Source: Pirellulaceae bacterium
GTDB taxonomy: Bacteria > Planctomycetota > Planctomycetia > Pirellulales > Pirellulaceae
Length of the DNA: 64,000 nucleotides
NCBI GenBank assembly: GCA_041398985.1
Contig: JAWKTR010000016.1
Location: forward strand, 32,984-96,983
Direction: 5' to 3'
Part shown: positions 41,080 to 50,952 of the stretch, piece by piece
How the letters are laid out: every line of letters begins with the position of its first letter
How positions within the stretch are numbered: position 1 is the stretch's first letter
Made by a program: the position numbers and the translations under genes
Notes under the pieces: generated by a model
The model's input: only the letters and a program-made list of their open reading frames with translations
Told to the model about the DNA's origin: nothing
Databases searched by the model: none

Positions 41080-41901
41080 TTATGGCGTCTTGGCAGTGCG
41101 ATTCGCGCGGCGAGCTCTAATACGTTTTCGCAGTATCAACATCAGGTCGCGATGATGAAATTGCATATAACCCGAACGTAGCCACAATCTGGCTTGAGCG
41201 GGTGTCATGTGCCGCCAGTGGAATTCGCGAATCACCAAGTACAGAAGACAAGCCACGATCAAGACGCTTGGGCCAGGCCACAGAATTGATGAATTGGCCA
41301 GCGAAGCGTCGAACCATTGTTGATTGGCTTGGCTTCGTATCGGCAGGAAGCCGAGCACAATCGCGGCGAAGACTACCACCCCATTGAATACAATGAATTG
41401 CACCAGAACCCGACTCCATGAACTAAAGTTGATTGCCAATTTCCGCCCCGTAGATTGGCCCATTCGGTCGTGGGTTAGGTGCGATCCAGTGGCAGGCGAA
41501 CTCGACGGTTGCCCGACGAGTTGCATGATGACGGCAGCCATCCAACGGCTCACGCGATGGCCGGTTCGACGTGCGCTGAACGCATAGGCAACTACCGCAA
41601 TAGCAATCAAGCAATACAAATAGGCAGCGAGCGAAAGTTCGAGCTCGCGACTGCGGGATTCACTAAGGATCAAGCACATTTGTAGCGAAATTAGGACCAG
41701 CCATCCTTGAGCACGCGCGACTCCGGCTAAGAGTACCGCAATGACAATCACCCGCACGCGCGCATCCACCTCTGTGCCCGTGAACAATAGGAATTCTAGC
41801 AACAGCCCAACCGATAGTAGCTGCAGACAGTCGGCACCGATACGCGCCCAACGCTCAACTGGAGAGATAACGGTCGTTGGTACATGTGGTGCATCGGTCA
41901 T
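41080..41901 (-). CDS. Hypothetical membrane protein, last gene of the MoxR cluster
   Basis: Multiple TMs; 4-bp overlap with the DUF58 gene. Confidence 0.65.
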   Translation of the reverse strand: MTDAPHVPTTVISPVERWARIGADCLQLLSVGLLLEFLLFTGTEVDARVRVIVIAVLLAGVARAQGWLVLISLQMCLILSESRSRELELSLAAYLYCLIAIAVVAYAFSARRTGHRVSRWMAAVIMQLVGQPSSSPATGSHLTHDRMGQSTGRKLAINFSSWSRVLVQFIVFNGVVVFAAIVLGFLPIRSQANQQWFDASLANSSILWPGPSVLIVACLLYLVIREFHWRHMTPAQARLWLRSGYMQFHHRDLMLILRKRIRARRANRTAKTP

Positions 41902-43775
41902 GAACGAGCTCCATGAACGCGGCTGCGCCCGGCGCGAGCTAGATCCATCTCGGACAAAACCATTTGGATGGCCGAACGCTCGCCAGAGTAAGTCACGGCG
42001 GCACCCAGGCGGACCAATTCGCGTTTTAGATAGGCTTTCAACTCTCTCGCCCGCGCTTGTTCGGCTACACGCAGTAGTTCGCCGACACTGTCATTGCGTG
42101 GCGTAATGGCACCCGGTTGTGGGCGCTCAAAAGTTGGTGTGGGACACACGAATGCTACGCGGTGGTGTTTGGCCAAGGCGAGTTTGACGGCTGGTAGCAG
42201 GTGATCAAGATGTTGCGCGCATGCATAGGGGTCGGCCAGAATAACAAAGACTTCGTTGTCGCGAGCGCGGGCAATGGATCGGCTAATGGCGGTCGCGAAC
42301 AGACCCATCGATTGCGCATGGGTTTCTTCGGTCGTATAGTCTTCGGCCAGCAGCGGTGCCATCCATGGCAGGCCAGCGGCGAACAGTAGCCGACCGATGG
42401 TGTTGGCCAACAGACGGTCATCGATGTAGCATTCGGCTTGCTCACGCGGTGTGAGCCGTAGTACCTCGGCTAACACGCCGACCAATCGATACTTCTCACG
42501 CGTCGCTGCAAAGAAGCTAAATGGTATCGAGTAGTAGGGACGCTCCAGTAATTCTGGATAGCGCTGCTGACAAATGGCCATCGCGTAGATCAACATGCGT
42601 GGGGTCAAACGCGGCGTGGTTGGTGGCGGGCGATCGGCAAACTCTGCCAGTGAACGCAGCATCCGCAGAAATCCCAAATCGCCAGCTAGCCAAGGCAAAC
42701 GTTGGCAGCGAGATTCGTCAATCAATGAACCCGTAATCGGATCGCCTACCGCTATCGCAGCCTTGGCCACGCTGGCTACCACATAATTCTGCTGGTCGAG
42801 CAAGCGCAGACCATAACCTCCAACGCGAGTGCTGACCGAACCATCGATAAAGAACTGGACTCGGACGGGAACTTCCGATTCGTATTGCCGAGTCATCAAT
42901 GTCTCGCGTCGAGCCGAAGCTTTCCAAGCAATTGATTTGGGTGGATCTCCAGCCACGTATTCGCGTAGCTCCAACAATTCGGAACTGACACCAGAGCGTT
43001 TGAGACGATGGATACCGTGAGAGGGTAATGAATTGTGGCGTTTGACATCGGGCCGCAATTCGGCGGACTGAAAAAAGTCAGGCAAGATCCGAAACGTCTG
43101 CTCCAGGGCAATGAATCGATCTAGCTGAAAGAATCCGAAACTATCGACCATGGTCAAACGCACGCCTGGAAAGGTTACTACACCTGCGGCGCGAGTGGTA
43201 ACCTGATATTGAAACCGCTCACGGTCCTGATCGGCAGACCACCAATTACCACTGGGGGGCAGTCCATCCGGAATCGGGGTCGGCGACCACAATCCAAAAA
43301 TTCGTCCCATTTTCCAAGCTATACGGTGTGGCAGGTTCTGCCATGTCTTGGCGGCCAATTCGCTCCACATCGTCGTTCCAGTAGCTGGTCCGAATTGCAA
43401 TCCGAAAATTTCCGGCACGACATCTTGCAAGATGATGTTGTGGAGATGATGCAAGTCTCGAACTGGCACCAAGTCTAAAGGTTGGTTGGTGCTTGATCCG
43501 ACCGACGTTCTTGGGGCAGTGGCCAGCTGTAGTTCCACTTGTACTTGACGGCCAGCCCATAATGTTCCCGTTTGATCATCACGTTGGTTGACCAGTCGTC
43601 GAAGCTTCAAACGCGGTAGGAGGACGCGCACCCGGAATTGAAACCGCAGCCATTCCGCCAACACCCAGATAAACGCGGACAGCGACAGATAGGCAACGGT
43701 TGGCTGTCCACGCAGGACGCCGGCCGCGAGTCCCGTGAGGCTCAAGATCAACAGCCATCGTGCGCGATTACTCAC
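41898..43775 (-). CDS. DUF58 family protein
   Basis: SSELLELREYVAGDPPKSIAWKASAR..LMTRQYESE, FFIDGSVS. Confidence 0.88.
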   Translation of the reverse strand: MSNRARWLLILSLTGLAAGVLRGQPTVAYLSLSAFIWVLAEWLRFQFRVRVLLPRLKLRRLVNQRDDQTGTLWAGRQVQVELQLATAPRTSVGSSTNQPLDLVPVRDLHHLHNIILQDVVPEIFGLQFGPATGTTMWSELAAKTWQNLPHRIAWKMGRIFGLWSPTPIPDGLPPSGNWWSADQDRERFQYQVTTRAAGVVTFPGVRLTMVDSFGFFQLDRFIALEQTFRILPDFFQSAELRPDVKRHNSLPSHGIHRLKRSGVSSELLELREYVAGDPPKSIAWKASARRETLMTRQYESEVPVRVQFFIDGSVSTRVGGYGLRLLDQQNYVVASVAKAAIAVGDPITGSLIDESRCQRLPWLAGDLGFLRMLRSLAEFADRPPPTTPRLTPRMLIYAMAICQQRYPELLERPYYSIPFSFFAATREKYRLVGVLAEVLRLTPREQAECYIDDRLLANTIGRLLFAAGLPWMAPLLAEDYTTEETHAQSMGLFATAISRSIARARDNEVFVILADPYACAQHLDHLLPAVKLALAKHHRVAFVCPTPTFERPQPGAITPRNDSVGELLRVAEQARARELKAYLKRELVRLGAAVTYSGERSAIQMVLSEMDLARAGRSRVHGARS

Positions 43776-44800
43776 GACTGGCCTCGATTGGCCGCCGGAG
43801 CGCCCGCTACGACTGGTGGAGGCAACGCGCTTGATCGCAGGCCATCTTTTAAGACTGGCACCGATTGGATCAACTGCTCCACTACGGATTCAACCGACTT
43901 GCCGTCCATTTCTGACTCGGGACGCATAATAAGCCGGTGCGCCAAGACGGGCAGCGCGATCGCTTGGATATCTTCGTGAGTCAAGAACGACCGTCCATGT
44001 AGCAGTGCATGTGCTTGCCCCGCTTTCATCAAGCTGATCGCGGCGCGCGGACTAGCTCCGAGGATTAGATCCGTGTGGGCACGACTCTGCCGGGCCAAAT
44101 CAATGATATAGGCTTTTAGTTCCGGCGCACAATACACTTCGTCTAACTGTTGTTGAATCTGCATGATCTCCGCAGCGTCTGATAGTGCGCTCAACTCGAC
44201 GACTGGGCTACTATGCAATTCCAACATCGCAATCTCTTGTTCACGCTGCGGATAGCCCACATGCACGCGAAATAAGAAGCGATCCAACTGGGCTTCCGGC
44301 AGTCGATAGACGCCTTCCTGCTCGATTGGATTTTGTGTGGCGAGCACCATAAAAGGCTTCGGCAACTGCAACGTATTGCCTTCGATGGTGACTTGTTTTT
44401 CCTGCATTGCCTCCAACAGCGATGACTGCGTCCGAGCTGGAGCGCGATTGAGTTCGTCCGCCAAGAGCAGTTGGCAGAATACCGGACCCTTCCTAAGCAC
44501 AAAATCGCTCGTCTGCCGATCGAGGACCTGGGTTCCAGTAACGTCAGACGGTAGCAGGTCGGGAGTGAATTGGACTCGCTCAAAATCGATGCCCAACACC
44601 GTCGAAAACGCTCGACAAAGAGTTGTCTTAGCCGTGCCGGGGACGCCCTCGAGCAGAACGTGCCCGCCCGCGATCATGGCCATGAGCAGTTGATCGACGA
44701 TTGGTGCCAACCCCACCACCACGCGTCCAATGGACTGCTGCGTATTAGTCCGCAGCTCGTTAACGCGCTGCGCCAGTTGAGTCAATTGATTCGAGTTCAC
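43772..44800 (-). CDS. moxR: MoxR family AAA+ ATPase
   Basis: GHVLLEGVPGTAKT, RVQFTPDLLPSDVTG, LADELNRAP, ATQNPIEQEGVYRLPEAQLDRF. Confidence 0.95.
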   Translation of the reverse strand: MNSNQLTQLAQRVNELRTNTQQSIGRVVVGLAPIVDQLLMAMIAGGHVLLEGVPGTAKTTLCRAFSTVLGIDFERVQFTPDLLPSDVTGTQVLDRQTSDFVLRKGPVFCQLLLADELNRAPARTQSSLLEAMQEKQVTIEGNTLQLPKPFMVLATQNPIEQEGVYRLPEAQLDRFLFRVHVGYPQREQEIAMLELHSSPVVELSALSDAAEIMQIQQQLDEVYCAPELKAYIIDLARQSRAHTDLILGASPRAAISLMKAGQAHALLHGRSFLTHEDIQAIALPVLAHRLIMRPESEMDGKSVESVVEQLIQSVPVLKDGLRSSALPPPVVAGAPAANRGQS

Positions 44801-44898
44801 TAATACAAAATCTCAGAGGGGTGTGCGGAATTGGTAAGCGCTAATCATACTCGCCAACCTGTCTCAACATAACAGGTGGTGGAGCAGACTGCCTGAGT

Positions 44899-46305
44899 TC
44901 AGCTAGCAACGAGCCGTTGACGTAGCGACTGGATGCTGCGGCCCAGCATCTGAAATTCAATGCGCGTCATCGGTGCATGGCACCCGCGCGATGCAATGTC
45001 AATAATGCGTGCCAAGTTGTTCCGCACTTGCAACTCACGCTGGTCTGTCCGTTGGGCCGGATCGGCAACCCATCGCGATAGGTACTCTTGCCAGTCGGCC
45101 GCGCGCGTCGACCCCGTGAGCTCGAAACAGAATTCGCGGGCCACATAGGCAGCCGAATTGCGAAAGTCGCCACCAGCCAAACCCTCTCGCCCCCGAATTT
45201 GAAAGGCAGCTTGCATCGGGCGTGGTGCGACATATATTGCTCGCCCCTGACGTTGAGAAAACAGGAACCTTAGGAAAAAGTACAGGAGCACACACCCCAG
45301 TCCGATGATCGCAGCTCGGTAGTAGCGCGTCCTGGGGATGCCGCGCGGGTGCGCAGCCAGCGCTTCATTCATCAGATTTGTCTGTTCAACTTCTTGGATC
45401 ACCGCGTTGGCCAATCGCAACGCCTTGTCGAGCTCCGGTTGGGGCAAGGGTAGGTCATCAGGAATGTCTAAGGGCGGCGAAGCGGCTTGCATTTCAGGGC
45501 GGTCGCGGTAGCTGCCTAGCGCCCGAGCATCGGACAGGAACACAAACTGTTGTTTGTCGGGTGTACACAACAATTCGGCTATTCGAATTGCCACCACCGC
45601 GTTATGTTCATGCCACAACATGCCGTTGCTTAGCAGGCTGGCGTCGGCTGCCGCAATGGCCAAACCACCGCTTTGCGTACCTACCCGACCAATGGCTAGC
45701 AGCGGCTGAGCGCTAGCATGACCGGGCTGGCAATCCACTGGCAGATCAACCAAAGTCTGCCAATTGAGCCAGCTCACTGGATTGGGCTCAAACCAGCCCG
45801 AACGATTGGTGACCACGTATCTGGCATTCGCCAATGTCTCCGTTGCATCATTACGGACTGGCAATTTGAGGCAGTCGTCAAAGCCCTGGTATTGATTTTC
45901 TGCCGCCAGCGTCTTGACTGGGCCGACGTAAAACGTACCAAATCCAGGACCTCGAACTGGACTATCAGAGGCAACCAGCAGCGTCCCGCCGTGACGTACG
46001 AAATCAATCAACCGCTGCCAATCCGAGTTTGAGAATTGTCTGGGTAACGCACCGATGATGACCACGATCGATGTCCGTGGCGACGTGTAAGACTGGCTAA
46101 GATCGGGCAGGACCCGCAAGCCGCGCTCTTCTAGCAGCATTTGAAACATGTCGTGTCGAAAGGGCCAATTGCTGACGGGGGCGGCGGTGCTAGCGGCGGA
46201 GGGTGGGGCCGCCTGCCCGTATGTCTCTTCGGCAACTAAAGCCCAACCGACGAGCAGGAAAAAGAGTAGGTATCGACTTGGGTATGCAGTCATAGCTTGC
46301 AGCAT
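44899..46305 (-). CDS. DUF4350-like membrane-anchored protein
   Basis: Signal peptide, WQRLIDFVRHGGTLLVA, ADASLLSNGML..N, C-terminal TM; first gene of the MoxR cluster. Confidence 0.65.
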   Translation of the reverse strand: MLQAMTAYPSRYLLFFLLVGWALVAEETYGQAAPPSAASTAAPVSNWPFRHDMFQMLLEERGLRVLPDLSQSYTSPRTSIVVIIGALPRQFSNSDWQRLIDFVRHGGTLLVASDSPVRGPGFGTFYVGPVKTLAAENQYQGFDDCLKLPVRNDATETLANARYVVTNRSGWFEPNPVSWLNWQTLVDLPVDCQPGHASAQPLLAIGRVGTQSGGLAIAAADASLLSNGMLWHEHNAVVAIRIAELLCTPDKQQFVFLSDARALGSYRDRPEMQAASPPLDIPDDLPLPQPELDKALRLANAVIQEVEQTNLMNEALAAHPRGIPRTRYYRAAIIGLGCVLLYFFLRFLFSQRQGRAIYVAPRPMQAAFQIRGREGLAGGDFRNSAAYVAREFCFELTGSTRAADWQEYLSRWVADPAQRTDQRELQVRNNLARIIDIASRGCHAPMTRIEFQMLGRSIQSLRQRLVAS

Positions 46306-46335
46306 CGTTGGTTGACCTCCACACTTGCGATCCGC

Positions 46336-47994
46336 TCAATTGTATTCGATAGCGTTCTCTAGCAATTGGGAAATCAGAGGCAGCAATTGTTTTTTGCGGC
46401 TAACGACATCATCTAGCTTATACAAGTACCGTTCTACCCGCGGATAATTGATCTCCTCCCAGAAATCGGGCTCGCGGGACATGAGCAGCAGGCTCCCATT
46501 GCTAATAATATCTGTGACCAACAACGCCGAGAAATCCAAGTCGTTTTCTTGGGTAAGCGTTGTTAGGGCCTCGAGAAGTTCATCACGTCTCTCCCAGAAT
46601 AGCTCAAAGCCGATTTCTTCAATCTGCGAGATGGAGAAGCGATGGCCCCGATCCTCAAATTCCTTGCAGTCTTCTCGAACTACCTTGGCTGCCGACTGCG
46701 ATCGGAGCGACGATCCGACTTCGAAGAAATCTCGCACAAAGGCGTCCATGTCAACTGCGCAGAAGCGTTTGAGCCAAGTCAAAATCTCTCGATCTACATC
46801 GGTGGTCGTGGGAGAGCGCAAATGCAACGTGTCAGAGATGATTCCCGAGGCCATGCATAATGCGATGCCTGGAGTTGGGTCGATACCCGCAGCGCGGAAT
46901 TGTCGCGCGACCAGGGTGCAGGTCGATCCTACCGGCTCGTTGATGAAACGAATCGGCTGATCGGATTTTAGATTGCCACCCAGTCGGTGGTGGTCCAGGA
47001 CTTCGATGATTTCTGATTCAGCAGCGCCCAAGACGGCTTGGCTCAGTTCATTGTGATCGACCAACACGAGCTGAGTTTTGGGTGGATTGACCAAGTCACT
47101 CTTGGATAGAACCCCAAACAACTTGCCGTGATCATCGAGCACAGGGAATAGCTTTTGGTGCGAACGCGCTACCAAAGTGCGCGCATCGGCCACCGGTAAT
47201 TTGGACGAGAGTGAAACGCAGTCTCTTTGAATCGCACCGTCTACGCGCCTCGCAGACTTGATACGCATCGTCGTTGTTGCGGTATCAAAGCTGCTCTTTA
47301 TCACCGTAACGTTGTTGAGTTTTGCCAATTGCATTAAGCCCGGGGACAGCTCGTATCCCCCGGTCACGACTAGCACGCGGACGCCGTGTTCCAAGGCAGG
47401 CAATTGAATGGTGGGCCGATTGCCGCTGACTACCAACAATTGGGACGAAGGAAACTGGTGCAGCCGTTTCGTAAACCCTTCGGCGCTCATGGCCCCGACC
47501 ATGACCATCAACTCCGTCTTTTCGTCCGGTGCAATGGCATGCTGCATTTCGCCATTAAGAACTGCACAGATTTTACCGACCGAACTGCTGATTTGCCGAG
47601 AGAGAATTGGATCGGCGTCGCCTTCGAAGATAACTTTCAGCAAGTCGAGCAGGGTCAGCAAGCCTACGAATTTTTGTTGACGGTCTAGCACGGGGACGGC
47701 CCCGATGCCGTGCTCCTTCATACGCTCATAGACTTCGGCGAATACTTCGTCGTCGTAGGCTACGATAGGATCGCGCCGGCACACATGTTCGACTTCTGGA
47801 CGTACGTCCATGACGATGCGTGGTGGTGCCAGACGCGCCTGTTTGAGCGCGTACTCGGTGCGTTGATTGGGAGCACCGCAACAGGCTGCTACTGCGTCTG
47901 GACGCGTCGTGCGTTGCAAGAGGTCCGCATAGGCCAACGCCGAGCAGATAGCGTCCGTATCCGGATTGCGGTGCCCAAAAACGTAGACTGTCAT
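46336..47994 (-). CDS. ppaC: Mn-dependent family II inorganic pyrophosphatase with CBS-DRTGG insert
   Basis: GHRNPDTDAI, LVDHNE, VLDHH, IISDTL, VVSRKKQLLP; two CBS domains. Confidence 0.92.
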   Translation of the reverse strand: MTVYVFGHRNPDTDAICSALAYADLLQRTTRPDAVAACCGAPNQRTEYALKQARLAPPRIVMDVRPEVEHVCRRDPIVAYDDEVFAEVYERMKEHGIGAVPVLDRQQKFVGLLTLLDLLKVIFEGDADPILSRQISSSVGKICAVLNGEMQHAIAPDEKTELMVMVGAMSAEGFTKRLHQFPSSQLLVVSGNRPTIQLPALEHGVRVLVVTGGYELSPGLMQLAKLNNVTVIKSSFDTATTTMRIKSARRVDGAIQRDCVSLSSKLPVADARTLVARSHQKLFPVLDDHGKLFGVLSKSDLVNPPKTQLVLVDHNELSQAVLGAAESEIIEVLDHHRLGGNLKSDQPIRFINEPVGSTCTLVARQFRAAGIDPTPGIALCMASGIISDTLHLRSPTTTDVDREILTWLKRFCAVDMDAFVRDFFEVGSSLRSQSAAKVVREDCKEFEDRGHRFSISQIEEIGFELFWERRDELLEALTTLTQENDLDFSALLVTDIISNGSLLLMSREPDFWEEINYPRVERYLYKLDDVVSRKKQLLPLISQLLENAIEYN

Positions 47995-48019
47995 CCTGTA
48001 TTCCGTAAGGTGTTCGTAA

Positions 48020-49738
48020 TCAGCGAGGAACTGTCCTATTCTTGCTGATAAAACCCACGATGCCCAGGAGTAGTAAGACTACCAAGGCGCCAAACATGAC
48101 TTTGCCGATTGGAAATCCGGCAACCGATTTGTCGAGCATGCCCCAGCAGGAGCCGAACAGGGCGACGGCGGTGGCCAAGCCCATCAACACATTCCATTTG
48201 ATGCGATTGAATCCTGTCGGGAGCGATTCGCCTAGAACGCTGCGTGAGTTCATCAATAAGAAAAAAGCGACGTAGGCGATTGGTAACATCGCCCCGCAGA
48301 TCACGCTGGTGGGGGTAGCTAGGGCCGGAGCGGCTTGCCCCCACACGAATGGCCCCAATACGCCAATGGCTGGAAACAAACTTCCAATGCGGTGCATCGA
48401 CCCTTCGGCAGGTACGCCGAGCATCTCGCAAAACGCGAATCCATTGATCAGCATCAAAATGATAATGGTTGAAAGCGCCATCCCCAGCACGCCCACACCG
48501 AACAGGCCTTGGGAAATCTGGGGCCCAACCAAGGGCTCCAACGTCTTGGCCAGCGCCAAATTGTCGCGTTCAGCCAAGGCCGCCGCCAAATTGCGTTCCG
48601 CTTCCGGCAAGGCGGCTCGCAGTTGGACCAATTCTGGGGCGGCACCCGATTTTCCACCGGCTTCCCAAACGCTTAGTTCATCGCTGAGTGTGGCAAACCG
48701 CTCAGGGCCGACATCATGCTTGATGCGGTTGTCGATGATCCCATAGTACGACTTTACTTCTTTGCCCGATCCGGCTTCAACCAGTAGCATCACGTCATTG
48801 GGCTGGCCATGGAACTGGCTGGCAGATGCAATTACCACGCAACCAGTGGCCAACACGAACGGCACAATCAAGCCGATTGACAAGTCAAAGATCGCCAGGC
48901 CGCGATGGTCCCTTTCCCAGCCTTTGCGAAGCATCGAATAGGGCAGCAAGAATGTCATATTAATGCCCACTGCAGTTGCGAAAGCAGTAATGATCTTGTC
49001 TTTCTGAGTCGCTGCGATGGTGGTTCGCCAATAGCCTTCGAAGCTGCCAGTGGCTTCGATCTGTGGCATCAGCGAGGGTACGGGATTAAATAAATTTGAC
49101 AGATTCGGAATCAGACCAGCCAGGATCTTGCCCCAGTCGAGCACACCGTGATACGTCATGGCCAGCACCACGCCAAAGAAACTGAGCACCACAATCCCGA
49201 CCAGAATCTTCAAGATAATTTCAAATAGACGGATACCCCAGCTACCCGAGTTGTAAAACCAGACGACGCACGCAGCAACAACTAACAAAGAAACCGCCAC
49301 GACAATCTTGCCAATGGAGCCCCCGGTCGCTTGTGGCAAGAGGTTCTGCTGCACGGCCGCGGTGCCGAGCGCAAACTGCGGCAGACACCACACAATATTA
49401 GCCATCATCGTGGCCAACAACCAAGCCCACGCTAACGCGGGACTTACGTGCGTCTTGATCGCTTCGAATGGCCGTTTGCCAGTTGAAAGCGTTACATAGC
49501 CGATAGCGCTTAACATCACTACGCCAAGAATCATGGCTAACGGCTGCAGCCACATCATGTTATAGCCAGTGATCACGCCCAGATATAAAGCGCCGGCCAG
49601 CGAACCACCGCCGAGCGTAATAGCGCCTTGTAACCAACCGGGACCCGACAGACGCACGTACGTAGCCAGGGTCGCCAGAGGGCCGCGCTGCCGCGCTGCC
49701 AAGATTAATTGACGTTCTTTTTCGGCTGCATTCGTCAT
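48020..49738 (-). CDS. NRAMP-family divalent metal transporter
   Basis: SGPGWLQGAITLGGGS, AVGINMTFLLPYS; about 11-12 TMs. Confidence 0.75.
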   Translation of the reverse strand: MTNAAEKERQLILAARQRGPLATLATYVRLSGPGWLQGAITLGGGSLAGALYLGVITGYNMMWLQPLAMILGVVMLSAIGYVTLSTGKRPFEAIKTHVSPALAWAWLLATMMANIVWCLPQFALGTAAVQQNLLPQATGGSIGKIVVAVSLLVVAACVVWFYNSGSWGIRLFEIILKILVGIVVLSFFGVVLAMTYHGVLDWGKILAGLIPNLSNLFNPVPSLMPQIEATGSFEGYWRTTIAATQKDKIITAFATAVGINMTFLLPYSMLRKGWERDHRGLAIFDLSIGLIVPFVLATGCVVIASASQFHGQPNDVMLLVEAGSGKEVKSYYGIIDNRIKHDVGPERFATLSDELSVWEAGGKSGAAPELVQLRAALPEAERNLAAALAERDNLALAKTLEPLVGPQISQGLFGVGVLGMALSTIIILMLINGFAFCEMLGVPAEGSMHRIGSLFPAIGVLGPFVWGQAAPALATPTSVICGAMLPIAYVAFFLLMNSRSVLGESLPTGFNRIKWNVLMGLATAVALFGSCWGMLDKSVAGFPIGKVMFGALVVLLLLGIVGFISKNRTVPR

Positions 49739-49814
49739 GTCAGATGAGTCTTCGGTTGGAAATGGAGGTGGGACGCCAACGGGTGTGGCTTCGATTGATT
49801 TAAGAGGGTGGATT

Positions 49815-49951
49815 GCACGCGGAGTGTGCTTGCTCCGTTCCCAAATGCGGACGGCACGCGGAGTGTGTTACTTGGTTCCCAAATGCGGACGGCACGCGGA
49901 GTGTGTTACTTGGTTCCCAAATGCGGACGGCACACGGAGTGTGCCTGCTAC
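49815..49951 (-). repeat. Tandem 38-bp REP-derived array
   Basis: TTCCCAAATGCGGACGGCACGCGGAGTGTGTTACTTGG x2 plus one intact GTAGCAGGCACAC REP and a partial unit; same family as 17667-17746. Confidence 0.88.
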
Positions 49952-50028
49952 TTTGTGCCCCTACTATAAGTTCACTTAAGTGTAAAGCCTAGTGTGCTGA
50001 AGCTCAAAATGGCTTCGGTTGCGGCTTC

Positions 50029-50904
50029 TTACTCAAACACAATTCCACTATCGTCAATGTCAAAGCGGAGTGTGTGACTAGCTGCAAAGCTGCCGCGATG
50101 TTTGGCAACGTACAGCCCGCGGGACATCTTGCCATCTGCCAAAATACGGCCCATCAGAATCACGGTGTTGGCGCCTGCCGCCAAATCGCCATCGCTGAGC
50201 GGCTCCGTCATTAATTGCTCCAACATCGTTTGTTTGGTGGTAACTAAGACCATTGCTGATGACTGCCGATGATCATAGGCCTGCTGCTGAACCCGCGCGG
50301 CATTCTTCAAGTAGCCCTCTCGCAAGACCTCACGTGCCAGCCAATCGTGTTCCGTGCGGAGCATGCGATGGTAGATCAGCTCAAGTAAATCTAATTGCAG
50401 GGAGTCATCCGAGCGTCCCAGCGGCTCGATGCCATCGACGATGAACCGTCGAGTTCCGTGTACCAAATGGCTATAGACGAAGCGAAACAACTCAGGCGTG
50501 CGACGGTTCATTTCCGATTGCCAAGCATGCCATTGATCGACGTCCATTTGACTCCGGAGCACTCGCCTTCCGCTATAACCCAGGAAGTTAAACAAGTCGG
50601 CGGGCCGTTCGCCATCAAACATGTCCCGCACTGGCTGCCCATGGACTCCCGCGACCGTTAATGGGGCCTCGAACATGCGCTGCATGTAGTTCGAGTGATT
50701 CTGCGAATCACCTCGGCTCGACAGATCCACGATGGCACCGCGCTGGCCTTCGGCCTGCAAGCCGGCTTGGCTAAAGTGCATTCCAAGCTGGGTTTTTCCA
50801 ACACCCGTAGCCCCGATGATCATAATCAAGCTATTGGGTAGAAAACCACCGTCTAAAGCTGCGTCGAGTGTCGTCAGGCCACTGGAAAGTTTGTTGCTTG
50901 TCAT
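50029..50904 (-). CDS. Single-domain KaiC/RAD55-like RecA-superfamily ATPase
   Basis: SSGLTTLDAALDGG, Walker A GATGVGKT, FIVDG, VAKHRGS. Confidence 0.8.
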   Translation of the reverse strand: MTSNKLSSGLTTLDAALDGGFLPNSLIMIIGATGVGKTQLGMHFSQAGLQAEGQRGAIVDLSSRGDSQNHSNYMQRMFEAPLTVAGVHGQPVRDMFDGERPADLFNFLGYSGRRVLRSQMDVDQWHAWQSEMNRRTPELFRFVYSHLVHGTRRFIVDGIEPLGRSDDSLQLDLLELIYHRMLRTEHDWLAREVLREGYLKNAARVQQQAYDHRQSSAMVLVTTKQTMLEQLMTEPLSDGDLAAGANTVILMGRILADGKMSRGLYVAKHRGSFAASHTLRFDIDDSGIVFE

Positions 50905-50952
50905 TTCTGGTTTCGGTCAGTAGGTGGGGCTCATTCTTTAAATTCGGCGCGC

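Noticed and set aside
49815-49951. CRISPR array
   Set aside because: 38-bp units with no unique spacers; matches the REP family at 17.7 kb.
50029-50904. Circadian clock kaiC
   Set aside because: Single domain only; no kaiA or kaiB.
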